A stretch of DNA of 64,000 nucleotides from a bacterium (GTDB lineage: Bacteria > UBA8248), in contig OY843592.1 in assembly GCA_963692865.2 (NCBI GenBank), positions 1,088,001 through 1,152,000 of the forward strand, given 5' to 3'. A model generated the notes under the pieces. It ran no database searches. It saw only the letters and a list, made by a program, of their open reading frames with translations, and had not been told where the DNA came from. The translations under genes were made by a program, and so were the position numbers. How positions within the stretch are numbered: the first letter of the stretch is position 1; every line of letters starts with the position of its first letter. Positions 48,854 to 57,926 of the stretch are shown piece by piece.

Positions 48854-50103
48854 TGGGCGTGATCTCGGACGCGAACGCGGAGGCCCTCACCCGCATCATC
48901 GAGGCGGAACCCGTCCTGGTGGACGTGCGCCCGGCGGGCGAGGTGATACCGGGTCTGGAGGAGGGCGTTCTCCTTCACGCCGGCCCCCCGATCGAGTGGG
49001 AGCGGATGTGCGGCCCCCTGCGCGGGGCGGTTGCGGGAGCGGCCGTCCTGGAGGGCTGGGCAGGAGATTTGGCTTCGGGCGAAGCGCTCGCCGCCTCGGG
49101 CGGAATCGCGTTTCATCCCAATCATCATTTCGACGCCGTCGGCCCCATGACGGGCATCACCACGCGCTCGATGCCGGTGATGATCGTGGAGAACAGAAAA
49201 TTCGGGAACCGGGCGTTTTGCACCCTGAACGAGGGTCTGGGGAAGGTGATGCGCTTCGGCGGGAACGACGAGGAGGTGCTGAACCGCCTTCGCTGGCTGG
49301 CGGAGCGCCTCGCGCCCGCGCTCTCGGACGCCCTTGAGATCACCGGAGGGCTGCCGCTCAAGAGCATCATCGCCCGGGGGCTCTCGATGGGGGACGAAAT
49401 GCACCAGCGCAACGTGGCCTGCACGAGCCTCTTCGTGCGCGAGGCGGCGCCCGCGCTGGCGCGCGTCGTGAGGGAGAGCAAGGCGCTGGAGGAGATATTG
49501 TCCTTCATCGGCGGAAACGACCAGTTTTTCCTGAACGTCGCGATGGCGACCGGCAAGGCGGTGATGGACCCGGTGCGCGGCATCGCGGCCTCGAGCGTCG
49601 TCACGGCGATGTGCCGCAACGGAACGGACTTCGGGATCCGGATGAGCGCGACGGGGGATGCGTGGTTCACCGCGCCGGTGGAGATGCCGGAGGGTCTCTA
49701 TTTCCCCGGCTTCGGCGAGGACGACGCGAATCCGGACATGGGCGATTCCACGATCATCGAGACGATGGGGCTGGGGGGATTCGCCATGGCCGCCGCGCCC
49801 GCCGTCGTGGGGTTCGTGGGTGCGGGAAGCGCTGCGGATGCGCTCAATTATTCGCGCTCCATGTACGAGATCACCCAGGGCCGAAACCCCGAGTGGACGA
49901 TTCCCGCCCTCGATTTTCAGGGGGTTCCCACAGGCATCGACATCACCAGGGTGGTGAAGCTGGGCGTTACGCCCGTCATCAACACAGGCATCGCGCACAA
50001 GGAACCCGGCGTCGGCCAGGTGGGCGCGGGCGTGGTGCGCGCGCCGCTCGCCTGTTTCGAACAGGCGCTCGAAGCCTATGGCGCGAAGATGGGCATGGTC
50101 TGA
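48853..50103 (+). CDS. DUF1116 / YlbE (AllG-like) protein
   Basis: LHAGPP, AVGPMTG, MGDEMHQRN, RNGTDFGI, PDMGDS and INTGIAH..GQVGAG motifs. Confidence 0.85.
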   Translation: MGVISDANAEALTRIIEAEPVLVDVRPAGEVIPGLEEGVLLHAGPPIEWERMCGPLRGAVAGAAVLEGWAGDLASGEALAASGGIAFHPNHHFDAVGPMTGITTRSMPVMIVENRKFGNRAFCTLNEGLGKVMRFGGNDEEVLNRLRWLAERLAPALSDALEITGGLPLKSIIARGLSMGDEMHQRNVACTSLFVREAAPALARVVRESKALEEILSFIGGNDQFFLNVAMATGKAVMDPVRGIAASSVVTAMCRNGTDFGIRMSATGDAWFTAPVEMPEGLYFPGFGEDDANPDMGDSTIIETMGLGGFAMAAAPAVVGFVGAGSAADALNYSRSMYEITQGRNPEWTIPALDFQGVPTGIDITRVVKLGVTPVINTGIAHKEPGVGQVGAGVVRAPLACFEQALEAYGAKMGMV

Positions 50104-50109
50104 GGCTTC

Positions 50110-51783
50110 CTAGTTCTCCAGGCGTTCGTATTCGATGTGGGCGTCGATCAGATACGGCTTGCCGCTTGCCAGTCCCTTTTCCATGGCCTCTCTGAGTTCG
50201 GCAGGCGTTTTCGCTCGAATGGCGCTCACGCCCATGGACCCGGCCATCTGGATGAAATCGAGTTCGGGCTCCTTGAAATCCATGGCGACGAATTGCCGGT
50301 GCTCCTGCGTTTTGCCGTCGAGCCGCAGGACTCGCTCTTTGAGAATCCGGTAGCTCTTGTTGTTCAGAATCACGAACACGGTGTCCAGGTCGTATTTCGC
50401 GGCGCTCCACAGCGCCTGAATGGCGTACATCGCGGAGCCGTCTCCCGAGAGGCAGACCACGGGCGTATCGGGCAGGGCCTTCTTTACCCCGAGCGCGCTG
50501 GGCAGTCCCAGACCGATGCCGCCTCCCTTCATGCCGAAGATGGAATCTATCTTGCCCGCGACTGCGCTCTTGAGGCCGCCCCCATGCCCCATGGTGAGAG
50601 CTTCATCCACCAGCGCCGTCCCTTGAGGCAGCGCCTCTCCGAATGCGGCCTGGAAGGACTCTTTCGTCAAGGGGCCGCCGGCGTCGCCCGCCTTGGGGGC
50701 GGTTTCTCTTCTCGATGCCGCCAGTTCCTTCTCGATCCACGCGCGGCGCTCGGCAGCGCTTTGAAGGCCGGATTCTCCCATTTTCTTTTCCACCGCCCCG
50801 GTGAGTTCGACGAGCGTGGTCCTGGGGTCTCCCAGCATGGCGACGTCGACGGGGAAGTTCTTGCCGATCTCCCAGGGGTCCAGGTCCAGATGAATGATCC
50901 GCGCGCCGCGCGGCGCCAGCGGACCTTCCGGCGGGAAGGAGAAGGTGTAGGTCTCCGTGCCGATGAAGAACACGACGTCTGAGTCTTCCAGCTGATCCAG
51001 CAGCGGCTCGATGGTGTTCAGGAGTTCTCCCGCGTACAGGGGATGGGTGAGGGATACCGAGAGGGAGTTCGGGCGGTTGTCCGAGAATACCTTCGCCCCG
51101 ATGCGCTCCGCCAGCCGGGTGACTTCGCCCACCGCGCCCGAGCGGGTGACGCGCGATCCGGTGACGATGTAGGGGTTCTCGGCTTCTGAGAGTATCTGCG
51201 CCGCGCGCTCGATGGATTCCGCAGGCGCAGGAAACGCGCTCGAAAGCCGCGTGGGGCGGCCCGTGGGGCCTCCCGTCTCGGCCAGCATGACGTCGCCGGG
51301 AAGCGAGAGGAAAACCGGACCCGTGGGCGGCGTGAGCGCGTATTTGATCGCCCGGCGGACACTTTGCTCCAGATCTTCCACCCGGCGCACTTCATAGGAC
51401 CATTTGGTGAGCGGCTCCGCCATGCGGGGCAGATCGTCCCAGAGCACGGGCTCGGAGAGTTGGCCGCGCTGGCCCTGGTTGCCCGCCGTGACGATGAGTG
51501 GCGTGCCGGCTCGCTTGATGTTGTAGAGCATGCCCATGGCGTTGCCGAGACCGGGCGCGACGTGGAGGTTCACCACGCCCACGCCGCCGGAGGCGTAGGC
51601 GTAGCCCTCGGCCGCGCCGATGGTGACGGACTCCTGGAGGCAGAGGATGTAGTCGAGCCTGCTCTCGTTCACCAGCGCGTCCATCAGGGGCAGCTCGGTG
51701 GTGCCCGGGTTGCCGAACATGCAGTCGACGCCCTCGTCGATGAGTGTTTCCAGGAACAGGTCCGAGCCGTTGCCGCTTTTCAT
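50110..51783 (-). CDS. ThDP-dependent enzyme, benzoylformate-decarboxylase-like
   Basis: FGNPGTTELP, NLHVAPGLGN and GDGSAMY...NN ThDP motifs. Confidence 0.88.
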   Translation of the reverse strand: MKSGNGSDLFLETLIDEGVDCMFGNPGTTELPLMDALVNESRLDYILCLQESVTIGAAEGYAYASGGVGVVNLHVAPGLGNAMGMLYNIKRAGTPLIVTAGNQGQRGQLSEPVLWDDLPRMAEPLTKWSYEVRRVEDLEQSVRRAIKYALTPPTGPVFLSLPGDVMLAETGGPTGRPTRLSSAFPAPAESIERAAQILSEAENPYIVTGSRVTRSGAVGEVTRLAERIGAKVFSDNRPNSLSVSLTHPLYAGELLNTIEPLLDQLEDSDVVFFIGTETYTFSFPPEGPLAPRGARIIHLDLDPWEIGKNFPVDVAMLGDPRTTLVELTGAVEKKMGESGLQSAAERRAWIEKELAASRRETAPKAGDAGGPLTKESFQAAFGEALPQGTALVDEALTMGHGGGLKSAVAGKIDSIFGMKGGGIGLGLPSALGVKKALPDTPVVCLSGDGSAMYAIQALWSAAKYDLDTVFVILNNKSYRILKERVLRLDGKTQEHRQFVAMDFKEPELDFIQMAGSMGVSAIRAKTPAELREAMEKGLASGKPYLIDAHIEYERLEN

Positions 51784-51815
51784 GCGCTCTCCCTCGCGAG
51801 AAGTTTCAGACTTGG

Positions 51816-52991
51816 TCAGAAGATGGATTTCGCCTCATTTTGACTCAAAACGAAGTTCGACGCCATTTGCAGGCACTTCTCCGTGCTGGGCGGCATCACC
51901 AGCGCGGCCCTGGCGTCGCGGTGAAACCGCTGGAGCGGCTTGTCGTTCAGCAGGCCGGGTCCGCCCGCGATTTTGAGCGCCTTTTCCGTCATGGAACCCG
52001 CCGCTTCGGAAGCGGTGTATTTCGCCTCGTTGATGAAGGGGATGGCCTGTTCCGCGCCCCGGGTCTCCAGCACCCAGGCGGCTTTCTGGATCATGATGAG
52101 CGCGGTCTCATAAGCGATCTTCATCTCCCCGATCTGGCGCTGAATCGCCGGGTAGCTCGCGATGGGCGCGTTGTCGGGCAGGAGTTTTCGCTTGAGCGCA
52201 TAGTCCACGATCCAGTCCAGGGCGGCTGCGCCCGCGCCCAGATAGACGGCGGCGTAACCCAGGCCGAACCTGGGCACGAAATCGGGCTGGAGGATGCCCT
52301 CGCCCGTACCCACGATGTTGCGCGCCGGAACCCGCACGTCCTCATAGGCGAGCGCGTGGCTGGCCGTGCCCCGCATGGCGAAGGCGTCCCAGCGGGTCGG
52401 GATGGTGATGCCTTCGAGGTTCTTGTCCAGCACAGCCCAGCGCAGGCCGTTTTTGAGTTCCTCGACGCCTTCGAGCAGACACCAGAGCACGTAAAAATCC
52501 GCCTCCCCGGCCATGGAGCAGAAGTACTTCCGGCCGTTGATGACGTATTCATCGCCCTCTCTGCGCGCGCGCGTGGTGATGGTGCGGTTCCACTGGGGGC
52601 TGGAGGCCGCCTCGCCCGCATGGCTGCCGAAAATGGCCCCGCTCGCGGCCGCATCGGCGAATCGGCTTTTTTGCTCCTCATCCGAGAGCGTGAGGAGGAA
52701 GTATAGAATCGAGCTGTGCATGTGGAGCGTCATGGCGGTGTTCGTGCAGCCCTTGCTCAGTTCGTGAAACACCATGGTGTAGCAAACCGGATCGCTCCAG
52801 AGCGCCCGCCCGCCATGGGATTCGGGCAGCGTGAGGCGCGTGAAGCCCTCCCGGGTCAAGGCGTCGAAACTCTCTCTCGGAAAGCGTTGCTCCTGATCGC
52901 ATTCGTCCGCGTAGCGGGCCAGTACGTCTCCGGCGAGTTCTCCGGCCTGATCGATCAGAGCTTCGTTTTTCGGGTTTAGGCGAAGGTCCAT
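51816..52991 (-). CDS. Acyl-CoA-dehydrogenase-fold flavoprotein (non-canonical)
   Basis: INGRKYFCS and MRGTASH motifs; C-terminal RDARAALVMPP in place of the usual YEG. Confidence 0.85.
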   Translation of the reverse strand: MDLRLNPKNEALIDQAGELAGDVLARYADECDQEQRFPRESFDALTREGFTRLTLPESHGGRALWSDPVCYTMVFHELSKGCTNTAMTLHMHSSILYFLLTLSDEEQKSRFADAAASGAIFGSHAGEAASSPQWNRTITTRARREGDEYVINGRKYFCSMAGEADFYVLWCLLEGVEELKNGLRWAVLDKNLEGITIPTRWDAFAMRGTASHALAYEDVRVPARNIVGTGEGILQPDFVPRFGLGYAAVYLGAGAAALDWIVDYALKRKLLPDNAPIASYPAIQRQIGEMKIAYETALIMIQKAAWVLETRGAEQAIPFINEAKYTASEAAGSMTEKALKIAGGPGLLNDKPLQRFHRDARAALVMPPSTEKCLQMASNFVLSQNEAKSIF

Positions 52992-53027
52992 GAATTCTCG
53001 TTGTAGGGCTCGTAAATGAAAATGAAT

Positions 53028-54599
53028 TTAAGTTTTTTCTTTCAGCAAACGACGCAGTATTTTCCCGCTGCCCGACTTCGGGATGGCGTCGATGAAGGCC
53101 ACCGCGCGAATGTGCTTGTAGCCGGCCACTTTTTCGTTCACGAAGTCCATCAGGGCATCTTCGTCGATCCGGACGCCTTCTTTGGGAACCACGAAGGCCA
53201 TGGGGACCTCGCCAGCCTCGGGATCCTCGCGGGGGACGACGGCCGCGTCCGCGACATCGGGGTGCAAGTGCAGACACGCCTCGAGTTCAGCGGGCGCGAC
53301 GGCGAAGCCCTTGTACTTGATCATCTCCTTTTTCCGGTCCATCAGGTAGACGTAGCCCTGCTCGTCCACCCGCCCGATGTCGCCCGTGTGGAGCCAGCCG
53401 TCGCGCAGCGCCTCGGCCGTGGCCTCGGGCGCGTTCCAGTAGCCCTTCATGATGTGGGGCCCCTTGATGATCAACTCGCCCGCCTCACCGGCGGGCAGTT
53501 CCTTAGTTCCCGTTTCCACGTCGACGATCTTTTGCTCCTGATCGGAGACGGGAGGCCCCACGGATTCCTCCCGGATGAACTTTTCCACGGGCGGGTTCAT
53601 GTGCGTGAGCGGAGAGGCTTCGGTGAGGCCGTAGCCCATGAAGGTGAGCACGCCCGTCTTCTCCTGCACGACGCGCCTCACCTCGGGCGGCAGGGGCGCG
53701 GCCCCGCTCATGATGTACCTCAAGGAGGAAAGGTCGTAGTCGCCCAGGTTCTCATGGTGGGCGATGGCCAGGAGCGCGGGCGGCACGCCGTAGAAGAGCG
53801 TCAGCTTGTGATCCTCCACGAGACGCAGCGCGTCGGGCACGGTGAAGCGTTTCATCAGGACGTGGGTGGCGCCTGCGAGAATCAGCGCGCCCATGATCAG
53901 CGCGCCGTAGATGTGATAGAGCGGCAGAAACAGGAGGCCCGAATCCCGGTCCGTTATGTGATGGTTCGCCACGCACTGGTGGTAGTTCGACACCAGATTC
54001 CTGTGGGTCAGCATCACGCCCTTGGGCAGACCCGTCGTGCCGCTCGAATAGGGAAGGGCGATTAAGTCCTCTGCGGTGTCGATTTCAGGCTCGGGGAGGT
54101 TCTCCGGCGAGTGCGGGCTTATCCAGTCCTCGAAGCGGGCGTCTCCTGCGCCCTCATCCGTGACGATGACGGCTTCGAGCGCCGGAAGTTCCTTCTGCAC
54201 TTCTCGAACCACGGCGGCGCCCTCGGCCGTGGTGATCAGAATCTTCGCGCCCGAATCGCCCAGTTGATACGCGGCTTCGGCTTCCTTGTAGGCGGGGTTC
54301 ATCGGCGTGAAGACGGCGCCAATCTTCGATGCGCCGAACGCGGTGATTTCGAATTCCGCCGAATTGGGGAGAAACAGGCCGACGCGGTCCCCGATCCCGA
54401 CGCCCGCGGCGAGCATGGCGCGGGCGCAGGCGTTCGAGAGGCCGTCGAGTTCCCGGAAACTCATTTGGATCTCCCCGTCCACCAGGGCAATGGCGTCCGG
54501 TCGCCGCGCGCACGCCGTCTTGAGCAGGCCGTGAAACGCGTAATCGGGATATTCGAGCGGGGGGCGGAAATAGGGAGGAAGGCTGACGCTTTCACTCAT
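53028..54599 (-). CDS. AMP-binding acyl-CoA ligase (4-coumarate-CoA-ligase-like)
   Basis: YSSGTTGLPKGV, GYGLTE, LHTGD and GKILRR motifs; GGAGG before ATG 54599. Confidence 0.9.
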   Translation of the reverse strand: MSESVSLPPYFRPPLEYPDYAFHGLLKTACARRPDAIALVDGEIQMSFRELDGLSNACARAMLAAGVGIGDRVGLFLPNSAEFEITAFGASKIGAVFTPMNPAYKEAEAAYQLGDSGAKILITTAEGAAVVREVQKELPALEAVIVTDEGAGDARFEDWISPHSPENLPEPEIDTAEDLIALPYSSGTTGLPKGVMLTHRNLVSNYHQCVANHHITDRDSGLLFLPLYHIYGALIMGALILAGATHVLMKRFTVPDALRLVEDHKLTLFYGVPPALLAIAHHENLGDYDLSSLRYIMSGAAPLPPEVRRVVQEKTGVLTFMGYGLTEASPLTHMNPPVEKFIREESVGPPVSDQEQKIVDVETGTKELPAGEAGELIIKGPHIMKGYWNAPEATAEALRDGWLHTGDIGRVDEQGYVYLMDRKKEMIKYKGFAVAPAELEACLHLHPDVADAAVVPREDPEAGEVPMAFVVPKEGVRIDEDALMDFVNEKVAGYKHIRAVAFIDAIPKSGSGKILRRLLKEKT

Positions 54600-54619
54600 C
54601 GGCGTTGTTCCTCCATTCG

Positions 54620-55795
54620 TCATGAGCCCAGGACGTTCGCGCTGCCCTCGAGCACGGTCTTTGCGGTGAGCTCCAGGCATTTTTCCGTGTTGGGCGGCAT
54701 GATGAGTCCGGCTCTCGCCTCGCGGTGAAAGCGCTGGAGCGGGTTGTGGCGGAACAGTCCCGGGCCGCCGGCCACCTTGAGCGCTTTTTCCGTGATGAAC
54801 GCTGAGGCTTCCGCGCAGACGTATTTCGCCTCGTTGATGGCGCCATACGCCTTGTCCGCGCCGTGGGCGTTGATCATCCAGCCCGCTCGCTGGAGCATGA
54901 GGATCGCGCCTTCGAGCGCAATTTTCATCTCCCCAATCTGGCGTTGTATGGCGGGATACGAGGCGATGGGCACGTTGTCGGGCATGAGCTTCCGGGTTTG
55001 CGCATAGTTGACCACCCAGTCGAAGGCGCCTCCGCCCGCGCCCAGGTAGACGGCGGAATAGCCGAAACCGAACTTGGGCAGAACGTCGGGGCGAATGGGG
55101 TCTCCGCCCCGGCCCACGAGATCCTCCACCGGTATCTTCACGTCGTCGTATATCATCGAGTGGCTTATTGTTCCGCGCATGGCGAAGGAGTTCCACTCCT
55201 GGTCTATCTTGAAGCCGGGGTTGTCCGAGGGCGCGATGAGCAATCCCAGGCTTTTCGTGAGGTCTTCCTCCTCTTCAAGCTGCACCCAGAGCACGTAGTA
55301 ATCCGCCTCGCCGGCCATGGAGCAGAAGTATTTCCTGCCGTTGATCCTGTAGACGTCTCCGTCCCGAATCGCCTTCGTCTCCATGCGCCACACGCCGTGG
55401 AGGCTGGAGGTGTTCTCGCTTGCGTAGCTCGCGATGATTTTTCCGCTCCGTATGATTTCGCCGTACCTGCGCTTTTGTTCATCCGTTCCCAGGTAGGTGA
55501 TGACGTGGGAGATGGAGCTGTGCATGTGAAAGAGCATGGCCGTGTTCGTGCAGCCTTTGGAGAGCTCGTAGAGGACCATCGAGTAGGTGGCGGTGTCCTC
55601 GTAGAGGTCCCTGCCGCCCTGGTCCTTCGGAAGCGTCAGGGAGGTGAAACCCTCTTTGGCCAGGTCGTTGAAATTCTCGCGGGGAAAAATTCCTTCCTGA
55701 TCGATTTTTTCGGCTCTCGGGGCCAGGATTTCCTTCGCGTAGATTTTCGCGCGTTCGAGCAAATCTTCATTTTCAGGGTTGATCCGAAAATCCAC
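54620..55795 (-). CDS. Acyl-CoA-dehydrogenase-fold flavoprotein (non-canonical), paralogue of 51816-52991
   Basis: INGRKYFCSMAGEAD and REARAGLIMPP motifs; colinear with the other copy. Confidence 0.85.
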   Translation of the reverse strand: MDFRINPENEDLLERAKIYAKEILAPRAEKIDQEGIFPRENFNDLAKEGFTSLTLPKDQGGRDLYEDTATYSMVLYELSKGCTNTAMLFHMHSSISHVITYLGTDEQKRRYGEIIRSGKIIASYASENTSSLHGVWRMETKAIRDGDVYRINGRKYFCSMAGEADYYVLWVQLEEEEDLTKSLGLLIAPSDNPGFKIDQEWNSFAMRGTISHSMIYDDVKIPVEDLVGRGGDPIRPDVLPKFGFGYSAVYLGAGGGAFDWVVNYAQTRKLMPDNVPIASYPAIQRQIGEMKIALEGAILMLQRAGWMINAHGADKAYGAINEAKYVCAEASAFITEKALKVAGGPGLFRHNPLQRFHREARAGLIMPPNTEKCLELTAKTVLEGSANVLGS

Positions 55796-55827
55796 CTGCT
55801 TGTTCCTTACCGTTCACGAATTGGAAT

Positions 55828-56985
55828 CTATGCGCCGCCTCGGTTCCAGCCCCGTCCTTCGTCGCCGTAGCCAACCGAACCGTCTTCGGTCACGACCACG
55901 GTGTCCTCGAGTTTCACGAAGCCGACCTCGGGGTTTTTCATGTCGGTTTCGATGGACACCACCATTCCGGGTTCGAGGCCCTTGGTCTCATAGGTGGCGG
56001 GGTAGGGCACGACGCCCGAGGAGGTGAGGTGCGGCGCTTCGTGCTGGATGATGCCCATGCCGTGCGCGAGGAAGACCATCTGATCGTCGTGTTCGCACTT
56101 GGCCTGCTCGTTGAGAGCGGCCTCATAGATTTCCTGTCCCGTGACGCCCGGGCGCACGACCGCGCGCGCAGCCGTCTGCACCGCCTGGATTTCACCGAGC
56201 AGGTCCTCCATGAGCGGTGTGGGCTCGCCCAGGACGGCCATGCGGCAGAGATCGCCCAGGTATCCCTGTTTGTTCCCGCCCGAGTCGAGCGAGAGGATGT
56301 TCCCCTCATCCCATGTGGCGTTCGAGGGGGCGCGGTTGTAGCTCGGCCCCGTGCAGGTGAGGCAGTACTCGAAATCGAGTCCCCTTTGGGTCTCGAGTTT
56401 TTTCATCTCGTCTGCTACTTCGTACATGGTGGCGCCCGGAGGCGTGCTCTTCATGACGTCGAGCATGCACTCGACGATGGTTTCCGAAGCCTCTTTCAGC
56501 AGGGTGAGTTCATGGGGCTGTTTCACGGCCCGGAGTTCTTCGAGCAGGTAGACGGCGTCGATGAATTTCGCGTCGGGCAACTCCTCCTGAAGCGCCTCGT
56601 ATGAGTCCGCCGGCAGGAAGCATTTCTCAACCGCCACGGTGCCTTTCTCGTGGCCGAGTTTGCGGATGAAATCGGCCGCGTCCTTGCCGGCCTGATCGGT
56701 GTGCCACTGGTTGTTTCTCTTCTCGGGCACCCACACGGGTTCGACCTCCTGCTGCCAGCCTTCCATGATGTTTCCGATGTAGAACGCCTTGTCGGGCGCG
56801 CCCTTCGGGAGACCCACCATCGGCTGGTAGCGGCTCACGCCGATGGCGTCCTTGTGGGCGAAGAAGAAGAATTGATAGCCGCCGAGCAGGTAGCGAACGT
56901 TTTCCTTCGAAGTGGCGAGAACGACGTCCGCTCCCTGGTCTTCCATCAAGGCGCTGAGCTTGTTGTCATCAAAGGGCAGGTTCAT
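55828..56985 (-). CDS. M24 (Xaa-Pro peptidase/creatinase-fold) hydrolase
   Basis: Metal ligands in LDSG..GDLCR, HGMG..HE, SIET and LEDT; GGAGAGG before ATG 56985. Confidence 0.87.
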   Translation of the reverse strand: MNLPFDDNKLSALMEDQGADVVLATSKENVRYLLGGYQFFFFAHKDAIGVSRYQPMVGLPKGAPDKAFYIGNIMEGWQQEVEPVWVPEKRNNQWHTDQAGKDAADFIRKLGHEKGTVAVEKCFLPADSYEALQEELPDAKFIDAVYLLEELRAVKQPHELTLLKEASETIVECMLDVMKSTPPGATMYEVADEMKKLETQRGLDFEYCLTCTGPSYNRAPSNATWDEGNILSLDSGGNKQGYLGDLCRMAVLGEPTPLMEDLLGEIQAVQTAARAVVRPGVTGQEIYEAALNEQAKCEHDDQMVFLAHGMGIIQHEAPHLTSSGVVPYPATYETKGLEPGMVVSIETDMKNPEVGFVKLEDTVVVTEDGSVGYGDEGRGWNRGGA

Positions 56986-57926
56986 GGCTGGTTCCTCTCC
57001 AATATGTGAAACCTCGGATTCGGTTTTCATGTCGAGAATACGCACATGCGCATCTGCTGAAAAGTGAATGAATCGCCGGAGAATGCGCCGTCTCGACCGT
57101 TACTCGAACAACGAATCATGAACCGAAAAAGGGTGTCATGCAGGGCGGAAAAATGCAAGCGCAGCGTTTTGAGTTTCCGGTATTTTGGCTGAATGAGCAC
57201 GGAAAAGACCATTGGCGAGGCTCGAACGGCGGGTCCGTCGGGCGGATTGCTTTGGTTCCCGAACATGGGATACATTTTTCGCAAATCCCTGGGAATCGCA
57301 ACATACTGCCAACCGGAACTGAAGGTGGAGCGATTTGCGCGCCGATTGTATATCCACCCGGATTCATGGGATGCGGGCTTTTCGAGAAAGGATCGGACGG
57401 AGCGATTCGCGCGTCGGTCCCGCGTTGCTTTGCGGCGCGTGTCGGATCGATCTTTTCACTGTCCGCAAGGTCGCCCATCTGGCGCTGTTATGTCGTCGCG
57501 GTGAAGAATTCGTTTGCGAGACGGGGTGATGGCGGCGGTCGAGAGCGGGTCAAAATCGCTTGCGGTTTCGCATACCATGGTTTTGGGACGTGCCCATTGC
57601 GGCGGGACCGAGGCGGTTCTCGACGTCGGTCTGCCGGAGTTCGAGTCCCCGGTTCCCCGTCCGGCGGCCGCAGGCGCCGTTTGCAGTGAGGCGTTGTCCG
57701 GCGCCCCTCGGGAGCAGGTCGGCGAGGCGACCGGCATTGCCCCGCTGGTCGGTCGGCTATCGGTTCTGAATTTCCCGGCCCACCTCATCTTTTGTTCCTG
57801 GACACCGGAGCGAGTCGAAAGAGACGGTCTCACTTTGCGCGGCTGGCGGTCCGGTCTCGATACCGGCCGCTTACCGGTGGCGGACGCGAGTACGGGTGCT
57901 TTTCATCCGATCGGGGACAACCCTTG

